IMG/VR virus record: IMGVR_UViG_3300021375_000007
Span: 32,001-96,000 of that record
DNA: 64,000 bases
Source: a virus
Strand: one strand, 5' to 3'
Below are positions 9,954 through 19,216 of this stretch, one piece after another. A model generated the notes under the pieces. It saw only the letters and a list, made by a program, of their open reading frames with translations. It did no database searches and was not told the DNA's origin. The translations under genes were made by a program, and so were the position numbers. Numbering within the stretch: position 1 is the first letter of the stretch; each line of letters starts with the position of its first letter.

Positions 9954-11120
9954 TTACCCTACATATATTCCTAACGGAATTTTATTCATTTGTTGTAACA
10001 TCGCATCCGATTCGGCTTGCTTTCTTTCTAATTGTGCTTGACGTGATAATGAATCTAACGTTTCTTTTAATTCAGTAATCAATTCTTCTTTTTTAGTAAC
10101 AGCGTTAGATATTAAATCAGATCCATTCAATGTGATTTCTGAATTAGGTATCGGTAACGAGCTATACTTGCTTCGAACTAACCCTAATAATTCTTTTGCT
10201 AATTCCAGAGTATATCTACGTATCCAATTTCGGCCTACTTCATTAATAAGATCATAATCCATTCTACCATATGGTATTGTACTATAATCACTTATCAAAG
10301 ACCCGCTTTCTGCATTATACTTTAAAGGATTACCTTTTTCGGAGGTAAGCATATAATTGAAATATACTGTTTCATCTCCAGATGGTATTGGAAACAATCT
10401 TATTTGCTTGTTATTGATATCAAAGCCATATGCTGATTTTCGTATTTGGTCATTGAATTCAATTGCCTGGATTCTTAATACATCTGCATACATCGGCATC
10501 ATCATAAATGATACTCCTGGCGAATAACCACCCCATCCAAATGAATCCATCATTTGCTGACTACCAGCTCCGGTACCTACGAAAGGATCGAAGAATCTAG
10601 TAATGGCTGGTGGTGCCTCATGGAATACTCTTCTTATTTCAAATGAATCTGTATCCGGGGATCCTTGTTCAAATGTTACTGATGAGGTACTTGTTAAATC
10701 ATATACCTGTACTCCATTCTTAACTGCAATGGATGCTGTATAAACATTTACGTTTCCTATAGCACCAGCCTCGGTACCATAATCTTGTGCCAATTCTATA
10801 ATACCTTGAAGATTGGCAGAAACTGCTTTTTGTGTTAATTGCATGGAAGCTGTTGCAGCATATAAATTAAGAAAGTTATCTCTTATATTATATGTATTAA
10901 CATGGCCACCATATTCATTTACAGCTTCTTCAAAACAAGAATAAAACGAGCCAGATGGTAATTCTACATCATTGACCGGATATCCTAATTTTTGAGCACA
11001 CCATTTAACAACATTATCTATATCAGATGCAAAATCAGGTTGAGCATCATAAAAGCCTAACGGCGTTTGGCCAGCGGCAAATGTAGATGAACCATCCCAT
11101 ACGGGTATATTAACAGCCAT
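9954..11120 (-). CDS. Neck protein (gp13-like adaptor)
   Basis: LGYPVNDVEL and WIRRYTLELAKELLGLVRSKY...TLNGSDL motifs; C-terminal IPLGIYVG. Confidence 0.85.
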   Translation of the reverse strand: MAVNIPVWDGSSTFAAGQTPLGFYDAQPDFASDIDNVVKWCAQKLGYPVNDVELPSGSFYSCFEEAVNEYGGHVNTYNIRDNFLNLYAATASMQLTQKAVSANLQGIIELAQDYGTEAGAIGNVNVYTASIAVKNGVQVYDLTSTSSVTFEQGSPDTDSFEIRRVFHEAPPAITRFFDPFVGTGAGSQQMMDSFGWGGYSPGVSFMMMPMYADVLRIQAIEFNDQIRKSAYGFDINNKQIRLFPIPSGDETVYFNYMLTSEKGNPLKYNAESGSLISDYSTIPYGRMDYDLINEVGRNWIRRYTLELAKELLGLVRSKYSSLPIPNSEITLNGSDLISNAVTKKEELITELKETLDSLSRQAQLERKQAESDAMLQQMNKIPLGIYVG

Positions 11121-11183
11121 GAATTACCTTTTTATATAAATATCGAAGGCTACAAGAAAGGATGTGTTATAGTTTAAATGACA

Positions 11184-11756
11184 TTATCTTACCAAACTTA
11201 CTTTACCTACTATTTCTTTATAGTAGTTTTGATAATCTTGATAGCGTATTTTATAAGTATATACAGCTTGTGGGCATAAACGTCCTCGAACTTTTCCATT
11301 CCATCCACCATTAATATTACGAGTAAAATATAATTGTTGCCCCCACCGATTATAGATAGCCATTTCGTAATATTTGATGTTAGTTGCCTTTGCAGTAAAT
11401 ATATCATTATAACCATCATTGTTAGGTGTAAATGAATTAGGAACATAAATAGTGGTAGTATTACATGGCAATGTTTCCATTATCAAATTAACGCTACTTC
11501 CACAATTCAGATCGTTTGTCACCGTAACAGTCAGCTGACCGGTACCTGGTACATCATTCCAATCTACTAGTACATTACCATTATTGTAGTTAACTATTGT
11601 ACCATTGGTAACTTGGTAATTGTATTGATATTGTGAATTGTATGGCACTGTATATTGTACTGGCCTAATGCCATTATAGCATAAAGGTATACGATGGTAG
11701 TATTGTGCTTGTAACGTATTGCAAGCTAGTAATAAGATAATTAAATACTTAATCAT
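11184..11756 (-). CDS. Secreted PKD/Ig-like protein with T9SS type-B (gliding motility-associated, CHU_C) C-terminal domain
   Basis: Signal peptide ending LQA-Q; C-terminus YVPNSFTPNNDGYNDIF...IYNRWGQ...WNGK...VYTYKI...GKVSLVR matches the type-B CTD signature. Confidence 0.9.
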   Translation of the reverse strand: MIKYLIILLLACNTLQAQYYHRIPLCYNGIRPVQYTVPYNSQYQYNYQVTNGTIVNYNNGNVLVDWNDVPGTGQLTVTVTNDLNCGSSVNLIMETLPCNTTTIYVPNSFTPNNDGYNDIFTAKATNIKYYEMAIYNRWGQQLYFTRNINGGWNGKVRGRLCPQAVYTYKIRYQDYQNYYKEIVGKVSLVR

Positions 11757-12090
11757 GCGTTATAGCCCCTGTTACCGGTGTCGCATTAACCGTAACATCG
11801 CATAATACTATATTACCTACACATCCATTAATATCAGTTTCAATTACTTCAACTGCATAATTGCCTGGTATTGTAGCAGACCAATCAACTTGTATCGTAT
11901 TTGTGCCTTGCCCGGCTGCTATATTACCACCTGTAATATTCCATGCGTAAGTTGAGCCTGGCGTGGCAGGTACTGAATAGGCTGTTAAATTAGCATCTGA
12001 TTCACATATGAAATCTGGACATGGTAGATTTTGAGAATAACCTGCTAGCGTCGCTAGACTTAAAAATAATATAACTGCAATCTTTTTCAT
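11749..12090 (-). CDS. Secreted single PKD-like (SprB-type Ig) domain protein
   Basis: Start revised to ATG 12090 (late motif and AAAAGGA upstream); signal peptide ending GYS-Q; YSVP..GSTYAWNITGG.I..GQGTNTIQVDW...GC repeat signature; ends PVTGAITHD. Confidence 0.8.
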   Translation of the reverse strand: MKKIAVILFLSLATLAGYSQNLPCPDFICESDANLTAYSVPATPGSTYAWNITGGNIAAGQGTNTIQVDWSATIPGNYAVEVIETDINGCVGNIVLCDVTVNATPVTGAITHD

Positions 12091-12103
12091 TTGTATCCTT
12101 TTA

Positions 12104-12111
12104 TATAAATA
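12104..12111 (-). promoter_or_regulatory. Late promoter motif inside the secreted-protein cassette
   Basis: Sense GATATTTATATAAAAGGATACAAATG directly before ATG 12090. Confidence 0.7.
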
Positions 12112-12112
12112 T

Positions 12113-12715
12113 CTAGTTATGTGTAATAGCACCTGTTAATACGGGAGGACAGCATTCTATTGTAGCATTAAAAGTTTCATTTGGATCTGCTTGGCAGTCT
12201 AAATTTATCCAACTACCTGTTTCCCCATCAGCATAATTTTCAATTATAATAGATAAATCATCACCATTTGTGTTAGGTGGGCAATCCCCCACAGTAACTT
12301 GAAACTGGAATGTCCAAGGGCCGTTCAACCCATCACCCCAATTATTACCCGGATTACCATCTAATGCACCACCTAAATTAGTATCATAAAACCACCCTGG
12401 GTTATTTATGATTATGCCTGTAGCAGATGATTGTACCATATTAACCCATAACCATACACCTGTTCCTGAGTTATTTGTTGGGAAACCTACAGGAACTAAT
12501 GAGGCAGCATCCCATCCACCACCTAACGCGACTGCAACTCCATGCATCCAATTTACCGATAATCCTTGGTAGTCTACTATAGTATAAGTAAATGTTATTG
12601 TTTGGCCTGGTTGGTATGTTCCTCCTATAGGTGGTATATCAACTGCAATGTTATCATCTAATATACATTGAGAAAATACTTGGAATGGGAATAGCAGTAA
12701 TAATAACCATTTCAT
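12113..12715 (-). CDS. Secreted Trp/Gly/Cys-rich beta protein (adhesin-like domain)
   Basis: Signal peptide ending VFS-Q; DGNPGNNWGD motif; ends PPVLTGAITHN. Confidence 0.75.
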   Translation of the reverse strand: MKWLLLLLFPFQVFSQCILDDNIAVDIPPIGGTYQPGQTITFTYTIVDYQGLSVNWMHGVAVALGGGWDAASLVPVGFPTNNSGTGVWLWVNMVQSSATGIIINNPGWFYDTNLGGALDGNPGNNWGDGLNGPWTFQFQVTVGDCPPNTNGDDLSIIIENYADGETGSWINLDCQADPNETFNATIECCPPVLTGAITHN

Positions 12716-12727
12716 GTGTTATATATT

Positions 12728-12958
12728 TTAGTCTGTTTCATCAGGATCTTTATTCCGTTCAACCCAGTCAAGATATTCCACGGGAGGTATTATTTTATAA
12801 TCCCACCCATCATAAGGATATTCATAACTTTCGTGATCTTCTATAAATAACTCATATGTAGGTGTTTTAATCCAATCAATGGCTACAAACCAATCTTCTT
12901 CTGGGTCGAATACTTGCTTATAAAAAGCTGGCTGTTCTGGTATTGAGAATCTTTCCAT
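12728..12958 (-). CDS. Hypothetical acidic/aromatic protein (possible fibre chaperone)
   Basis: 76 aa ORF directly after the LRR fibre gene; YEYPYDGW motif. Confidence 0.6.
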   Translation of the reverse strand: MERFSIPEQPAFYKQVFDPEEDWFVAIDWIKTPTYELFIEDHESYEYPYDGWDYKIIPPVEYLDWVERNKDPDETD

Positions 12959-12964
12959 ATCTTA

Positions 12965-15094
12965 TTAGTTTACTACTGTCCACCCTTTATTGGTAGCTAT
13001 TGTTGTTGTGCATGTCGATGACCCAGGATTATTTGAAACTGTAACTGTTTTTCCTGACACCGTTGGGAGATCTGTGAATAATTCATCAATCTCAGTTGCT
13101 TCAAAATTACAGCCTGATATTGTAAAAGTAATCGGTATATTTCCTCCTTCAATCCTTCTTAGATTATATGCGTTATAAAAAGTATTGAGCATATTAGTAG
13201 CACTGGACCAATCTATACCACTCATAGTCTGGACGGTAGTGCACTCTCGGACTAGTCCTCTGAAGTTAGTTACGCTGCTTGTGTTACTTAAAAAATTAAG
13301 ATTAATTAAGCCGGTGTTTCGATAAAACATTCTATAGAGAGAATTAGTTGATGAGCAATTAATAGCTTGATAATTAACAATTCCACTAGCTTGAAACATA
13401 AACTGTAATACGGTAGCATTTGATGTATTTAAAGAAGGCATATCTGTTAACTTAGGTGTAGTTGCAAGCATACCGTTATAGTCGGTGGCGTTTGAGCTTA
13501 CAGTTATTGACCCTACAGATGCTAAAGATACACACCCACTAAACATACTATTTGGATCTAATGCATTTGGAGCATTGATATTTCCAACTTTGGTAAGTGA
13601 TATACATGATATAAATAAAGCATCGATATCAGTGGCAAGAGGAAAATTTAAATTTGGAATTTCCATTAAACTATTACAGCTTCTAAATAATACTCTAACG
13701 CTAGTAGCTGCAGAAAAATCAACATTTGGAAATTTTATTAACCTAGTACAGCCATCAAATATGACTCCCATATTTTGAACTCCTGAAGTATCAATTAAAG
13801 GAAATTCTGTAAGTGAACTACAGCCGGCTACGAATGACGTCATTGACGTTGCTGAGCTTATCACCAGGAGAGGAATTTTTGGCAATGAAAAACAATTCTT
13901 ATAAAATGTATTCAATAGTACTATTGAAGTAGCATCGAAAAATGGAGCGTATACCATAGAACTACAACCGCTAAAAAAGCTACTAGCATTTGTGCTACTT
14001 GAAATATTTAAAGTTTTTATTCCTTGTAATGACTGACAATTAATAAAAGTATTAATAGTATCTGTTGCCGTAGAGACAGAATATTCATTTAACCATTTTA
14101 AGTTTGAGCAGCCATTGAATACATTTCTTGCTTGCCCAGTTGCACTATTAGCTATGAATGATCCGTTATTAAGTTCTATAAGAGAAGAGCAGAAGCCAAA
14201 AGTATAAAGTAAAGTAGTAACAGAACTAACATCTATTTGAATTTTTTCTAAAGCAGTACAACCTCGAAATGTGTTAGACATATTGGTAATTGAATGAGAA
14301 CCTTCCCAAATGAATTGTTCTAACATTCTATGCTGAATATTCTGGGCGTAAAAAGTAAAACTAGTACAATTAACAGCTTGTACTAATACATCCAACCATC
14401 CTGTAGTTCTATTAGTTGACGAAACCGAACTGTGTCTTTGGTTAAAATCAATTAGGGTCAAATTAGATCCCACCTGAGGGTAAACTTTTACAATTGATTG
14501 CTTATAACCCAAATTAGTCAAATTACTGGCTGCTGAATAAGAAAAATCATGCTCAGCAGTTACACCTGATGCATAATTTACTACATTGCCATCTCCCCAA
14601 TCTACAGTATAATCTCCCTGGGCTTCCAATGCTACATAATTATGTTCTACATCAAAAACGGCATAAAGACCATATACAACCTGTTCATTTACGATAAGTG
14701 TAGGTAGATTAACCCATTGAGAGTTTCGTGTATAAGAATCGAGTATAGGAATAGCAAATATATTTTTTTCAGTGACAGTGTATGCACTTAATATAGGTGA
14801 GGATGAATCTTCAACATATCCGCCTATATTGATACTTCCTATAAAATCACATTCTAATGCATAACTAGACGATCCCGTTTGGTGAGTATAAGTCCCATTG
14901 GGAGTCTGTATAGTATAAATATACGTATAAGGTCCAGTACCTCCTGTAGCCGTAAGACTTAGATATATTGTATTCCCAAATGTGGTTTCCGTGATAGGAG
15001 TAGTAAGCCCGGCATCAGAAAATATACCTACTTCTAATCCGATTCCACCACCACCACCACCAGAGGTTTTAATATTAATATATTGTTGTATCAT
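12965..15094 (-). CDS. BspA/DUF285-type leucine-rich-repeat protein, candidate receptor-binding protein
   Basis: More than a dozen repeats of about 22-25 aa of the form (T)S.V...MF.GC.SL; PKD-like YTVDWGDG; C-terminal NPG...IATNKGWTV cap. Confidence 0.8.
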   Translation of the reverse strand: MIQQYINIKTSGGGGGGIGLEVGIFSDAGLTTPITETTFGNTIYLSLTATGGTGPYTYIYTIQTPNGTYTHQTGSSSYALECDFIGSINIGGYVEDSSSPILSAYTVTEKNIFAIPILDSYTRNSQWVNLPTLIVNEQVVYGLYAVFDVEHNYVALEAQGDYTVDWGDGNVVNYASGVTAEHDFSYSAASNLTNLGYKQSIVKVYPQVGSNLTLIDFNQRHSSVSSTNRTTGWLDVLVQAVNCTSFTFYAQNIQHRMLEQFIWEGSHSITNMSNTFRGCTALEKIQIDVSSVTTLLYTFGFCSSLIELNNGSFIANSATGQARNVFNGCSNLKWLNEYSVSTATDTINTFINCQSLQGIKTLNISSSTNASSFFSGCSSMVYAPFFDATSIVLLNTFYKNCFSLPKIPLLVISSATSMTSFVAGCSSLTEFPLIDTSGVQNMGVIFDGCTRLIKFPNVDFSAATSVRVLFRSCNSLMEIPNLNFPLATDIDALFISCISLTKVGNINAPNALDPNSMFSGCVSLASVGSITVSSNATDYNGMLATTPKLTDMPSLNTSNATVLQFMFQASGIVNYQAINCSSTNSLYRMFYRNTGLINLNFLSNTSSVTNFRGLVRECTTVQTMSGIDWSSATNMLNTFYNAYNLRRIEGGNIPITFTISGCNFEATEIDELFTDLPTVSGKTVTVSNNPGSSTCTTTIATNKGWTVVN

Positions 15095-16473
15095 AATTTA
15101 GATCCTGATAATATAACTAACCCTGCAGCTGATGAGGTTACTGATAATGTACTAAATTGGCTTAGTGATGAAGTAAATACATATGGAGCGCCACTGGATG
15201 AAATTTGTACAATCATTGCTGAACTGGTAACAAAACCAGCAAATTGCAAATTATAAGGTACAATGTAAGCAAATGATGTAGCTTCTTCAAAATTTAAATA
15301 TACATCAATATCTGTATTTTCTGGTACATTTGTTAATCCACTACCGTCACCACTAAATATACTAGCACTAATAATACTAGCTGTAATAGGTTGCTGAAAA
15401 GTAATACTATCGGTTACGGTAATAGGGGAAAGACCTGTAATAGTGCCAAATGAACCTGTTAAAGCAGTTACTGTTCCACTTGAACTTATATTACCTGATG
15501 CAGTTACAGGTCCTAATAAAGATAAGCCGGCTACTGTATTTAAAGTTATAGCAGTATTTGCTCCGTCACCTCCATATAGATTATTTGTCGCCAAATCATC
15601 TATAAATCCTCTACTGGCAAATACTCTTTCTCCATATAGGTAACCGGCACTTGAGCTTATATTTCCTGTTGTCGTAACGGCTCCAGCAGTTACTGTTCCA
15701 CTTGAACTTATATTACCTGATGCTGTTATGTTTAATATACCATTTATATTAGTAGCACCATCCCCTACTATATTTCCATTGGCATTAATATCATTAGTAA
15801 CGTTGAGATGACTTCCAGCAGTTATATAAGTTTGTGATATAATTCTATCTCCAAATACATTACCACTTGCACTTATATTACCGGATGCTGTTATGTTTCT
15901 GAAGATTACATCATCAGTACTAGTAAATTGCAACGAGCTAGATACTAGCCCGGCAGGTAATGTTGCTGTAGCGGTTACACCTGTCAGACCACTACCATCA
16001 CCATAATAACCAGATGCGCTAACATTACCTAATACAGATAATGTCATATAAGGAGATGTTGGTGCTAAATTAATATATGACCCACTATTAACTAAATCAC
16101 CATTATTGATTAATGCTCCATTTAATGTTAAAGCGATGCCGGATGGTATTATCAACTCACTACCTGATGATATTGTCAAGTCACCATTAAATATTAATGA
16201 GCCGTCTAATGTATATGAGCCTGATATTGGGTTCGGTATTGAATTTGGATTAATAGTAACAGATCCAGTAATCAATGTTTCTGAAAACAGATTAAATAAC
16301 GATGTTACTACTTCAATATTACTACCTGATATTCCTAACGATCCAGTAATACTATTTATCGAGCCGGACATTGTAGTTGATAACCATAACAGATTACCGT
16401 CCAGTTCATCAATAGTCAATTGAGAACCTTTTGCGGTCCTTGTTAATAATGAATATGGTGGTGTTAGTGGCAT
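15091..16473 (-). CDS. Tail fibre / spike-like virion protein
   Basis: N-terminal R..KGSQLT.DELDGN fibre-attachment motif; repeated ITASGNISSSG and GDGSGLT.V motifs. Confidence 0.75.
   Translation of the reverse strand: MPLTPPYSLLTRTAKGSQLTIDELDGNLLWLSTTMSGSINSITGSLGISGSNIEVVTSLFNLFSETLITGSVTINPNSIPNPISGSYTLDGSLIFNGDLTISSGSELIIPSGIALTLNGALINNGDLVNSGSYINLAPTSPYMTLSVLGNVSASGYYGDGSGLTGVTATATLPAGLVSSSLQFTSTDDVIFRNITASGNISASGNVFGDRIISQTYITAGSHLNVTNDINANGNIVGDGATNINGILNITASGNISSSGTVTAGAVTTTGNISSSAGYLYGERVFASRGFIDDLATNNLYGGDGANTAITLNTVAGLSLLGPVTASGNISSSGTVTALTGSFGTITGLSPITVTDSITFQQPITASIISASIFSGDGSGLTNVPENTDIDVYLNFEEATSFAYIVPYNLQFAGFVTSSAMIVQISSSGAPYVFTSSLSQFSTLSVTSSAAGLVILSGSKL
15463..15898. repeat. 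Intragenic direct repeats encoding (I/V)TASGNIS(S/A)SG
   Basis: agcagttactgttccacttgaacttatattacctgatgc occurs near 15463 and 15686, with a diverged copy near 15862. Confidence 0.85.
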
Positions 16474-16483
16474 TTATTTTATC

Positions 16484-16750
16484 CTATTCAACGTAATCCG
16501 GGTCTACATATCCCGATACAACATATAATGTAGTTACTGGTGGTGTTATAGTTCCCGCATATCCACCTATAGGTCCATGTACTGGCTGTAATACTGGTAC
16601 TGCTCTTTTAACGACTCTACGTGACCTAACCGCTGCCACTAATTGCGTATTAGTTGCAGTTTCAACATTGTCACGGTATTGGCCACGCGAGAAATATGTA
16701 TCGGTGGTAGCAGGGGGTGATAAAGAACTTTTTCTTCCAGTTAATGACAT
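16484..16750 (-). CDS. Hypothetical virion-associated protein
   Basis: 88 aa ending YVVSGYVDPDYVE; late motif variant upstream. Confidence 0.65.
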   Translation of the reverse strand: MSLTGRKSSLSPPATTDTYFSRGQYRDNVETATNTQLVAAVRSRRVVKRAVPVLQPVHGPIGGYAGTITPPVTTLYVVSGYVDPDYVE

Positions 16751-16780
16751 CTAGTAGATTCTCTTTAGAATAAATATTGA

Positions 16781-17437
16781 CTACTTCAATAAGTCGAAGA
16801 TTTCATCTAATGCAGCATGCCGGTGGTTATCTTTAAGCATTACCTCGTATACATACTTTGAGCCCCTTAATTTCGGTACATCATGTATAGCTGAATCGTT
16901 TGCAAACTTCAGATCGATCTGGTCTTTATCCCCGCAAAAAATCATTATAGAACCTTTACCTAATCGTCCTAATACCATTAGTAACTGTTGCTTAGTTAGA
17001 TTTTGGAATTCATCTACAATACATACTGCATTATCAAATGTACGGCCACGAAAGTGTGCTAAACTTAATAATTCAATATCTTCTGTTTGTTCCATTCTAG
17101 CTAATCCCTCTGCCTTATTATATACTTTGCGCATATTAGAACGTATTGGAATTATCCATGGATCCATTTTTTCTTCTAATGAACCTGGCAGAAAGCCTAT
17201 ATCTTCGGTAGCTACGGTTGGTCTCGTAATTACTATCTTATCAACTTCTCGCTTAAAGAATTTATCTAATGCTATCTGACAGGCTAGTAATGTTTTACCA
17301 GATCCTGCCTTTCCTATTACGAATGAAAAGGGTACGTGTAATATATTAGATTTGGCTGCTTTTTGCTCGGCCGATAATGTTAATGAAAATTTAACCGATC
17401 CCTTAGGTGGTGTTTTATCTGTATTCTTAGTTGCCAT
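16781..17437 (-). CDS. phoH: PhoH-family ATPase
   Basis: GKAGSGKT Walker A; TRP, IGFLPGSLEEK, RGRTFDN, IVDEFQN, RLGKGS and GDKDQID motifs. Confidence 0.95.
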   Translation of the reverse strand: MATKNTDKTPPKGSVKFSLTLSAEQKAAKSNILHVPFSFVIGKAGSGKTLLACQIALDKFFKREVDKIVITRPTVATEDIGFLPGSLEEKMDPWIIPIRSNMRKVYNKAEGLARMEQTEDIELLSLAHFRGRTFDNAVCIVDEFQNLTKQQLLMVLGRLGKGSIMIFCGDKDQIDLKFANDSAIHDVPKLRGSKYVYEVMLKDNHRHAALDEIFDLLK

Positions 17438-17470
17438 ATCATAACCTTATTTAATATAAATATGTAACAT

Positions 17471-17498
17471 AAAAAAAGGGAGGCCGAAGCCTCCCCTT
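17471..17498 (-). terminator. Intrinsic terminator after the major capsid gene
   Basis: Sense GGGAGGC-TTCG-GCCTCCC-TTTTTTT: perfect stem, UUCG tetraloop, U-tract. Confidence 0.93.
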
Positions 17499-17525
17499 AA
17501 TTAAACATCAATTAGTAAGTACTAA

Positions 17526-19205
17526 TTAGATAGAGTCTAGACCTTCAACAAAGATCTTACCATAGAACTCAGGACGTACAATCTTCTTAGCGTAACGTGT
17601 CATTACACCTTTTCTCGGAGTGAAATCCTGAGGATCGTATACCAATGGAGTCATAATCAATGGAATATATGGAGCATATACAGCACCAGTTTCAAGGAAT
17701 TGTGATCCTCTGTATCCCATCAAGATAGTATTCTCAGTCATGTATGGGTTCTTGTAAACTTGGAATCTACTATTAATAGCACCAACTTTCTGAACGCCCA
17801 TTGCGAACTGCATCTTATCACCATCTGTATCAGCAGCATATCCTGGAATAGATTCTAGGATGGTAGCTACGGTTGGAGAACATACTAGGAAGTTTGCTCC
17901 TCCTCTCATAGTCAACTGATGGATCTTGTTACTTACCTTCTGAACTTTAGTTCCTAAAGTCTGGAACCAGGTTCCTTGGTTGTAAGCTTGAGCAGCAGAA
18001 TTGCCACTGGTAAATGATTCGCTAGCGGCATCATATTCAACACCAACACGTGCAGACCATCTTTCAACTGTCTGACCATTCTCGATCAACATATCAAGGA
18101 TCTCAAGATCGATTTCCTGTGAAATGTACTCAGAAAGCATTGAAGTTAATTCAGCTTCTGCATCAATTGAATGATAAGCATTTAAATCTTGAGCAAACTC
18201 AGGAGTCCAAACAGCTTTCAACTTACGTGTCTTAGCAACAATTGCTTCAGAACGCATTTGAAGATCGATTTCTGGAATCTGAATCTTACCATTTGTATCA
18301 AGCTGCTGTCCAACATTACCTACTTCAAAATCACCACGTGAGTCTGAACCTGGTTGTTTATTGAATACAACTTGAAGATCTGTTACATCTGCACCAGCAG
18401 TTGCAACCTTAACTACGAATCTGATTGTATCATCAGCAGTTGCACGAGTTACTAATTTAGTAAACTCTGGATATACAGCTTCGAGCTGAGCATCATTCGT
18501 CAAGTTAAAAGATCTAACTGCATTTACATCAGCACCAACGAGATCCGCGGTTCTTACATCTAACGTTTGAATCAATACGGGATTCGAGCCAGTTGATGCA
18601 AGAAACTCAGTATTAAAGTTAACATCAATCGGGGCAACAGAACCAGTTGCAAACCTATCGGCACTAATTGCTGTTGTAGCAGACGCTGGTGTTTCTACAT
18701 CCAAATCAGATGATGTTACAGCGTTAATAGAATATCCAAATCTTCCAGCACCATAAAGTCCTTGGGATGGAGCAGTTGTGCCACGAGCGGCATCAGTTAC
18801 ACCAAATACAGAATCTTCTTGACTCGTACGTGCTTGCCCTGTCTGGAACAATCCACCTTGAAGGTCGTTTCCATACTTGAAATCAAGATAGAATACAAGA
18901 CCTGATGGTAGGTTCATTGGTTGAACAGATACGAAATCCTTAGCAGCAATTTCAGCGAAGATTCTTCGCACTAATGGTAGAGCTACCCCTGACCATTCTT
19001 CTGAATTGGAATCTGTACCTGTTTGGTTGGCTTCAGTTACTAACTGCTTAGCCTGGTTCTCTAAAAGAACCGCCATACCTTGTGTTTCAACTTCATTCTT
19101 AAGTCCTTCAAGAAGTCCGGTTCGTTCCCATTTGGAAACAAGCGCTTTGGACTCTTTACGAGCATTAGCATGAGTATTGGTAGGCAAAAGTGAATTTACA
19201 TTCAT
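17526..19205 (-). CDS. Major capsid protein (gp23-like)
   Basis: LPLVRR, VSVQPM..PSGLVFYL, AKTRKLKAVWTPEFAQDLNAYHSIDAEAELTSMLSEYISQEIDLEI, YAPYIPL and F.PRKGVMTRYA motifs. Confidence 0.98.
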   Translation of the reverse strand: MNVNSLLPTNTHANARKESKALVSKWERTGLLEGLKNEVETQGMAVLLENQAKQLVTEANQTGTDSNSEEWSGVALPLVRRIFAEIAAKDFVSVQPMNLPSGLVFYLDFKYGNDLQGGLFQTGQARTSQEDSVFGVTDAARGTTAPSQGLYGAGRFGYSINAVTSSDLDVETPASATTAISADRFATGSVAPIDVNFNTEFLASTGSNPVLIQTLDVRTADLVGADVNAVRSFNLTNDAQLEAVYPEFTKLVTRATADDTIRFVVKVATAGADVTDLQVVFNKQPGSDSRGDFEVGNVGQQLDTNGKIQIPEIDLQMRSEAIVAKTRKLKAVWTPEFAQDLNAYHSIDAEAELTSMLSEYISQEIDLEILDMLIENGQTVERWSARVGVEYDAASESFTSGNSAAQAYNQGTWFQTLGTKVQKVSNKIHQLTMRGGANFLVCSPTVATILESIPGYAADTDGDKMQFAMGVQKVGAINSRFQVYKNPYMTENTILMGYRGSQFLETGAVYAPYIPLIMTPLVYDPQDFTPRKGVMTRYAKKIVRPEFYGKIFVEGLDSI

Positions 19206-19216
19206 TATATTTCCCT

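Noticed and set aside
11184-15094. Host chromosomal contamination or prophage boundary at the T9SS/BspA genes
   Set aside because: The genes are on the same strand, tightly packed with phage genes, and one carries the phage late promoter motif; no integrase or att site was seen
15463-15898. Direct repeats as a CRISPR array or DGR template/variable repeat
   Set aside because: They are in-frame coding repeats with irregular spacing, no adenine-specific divergence and no nearby reverse transcriptase or cas gene
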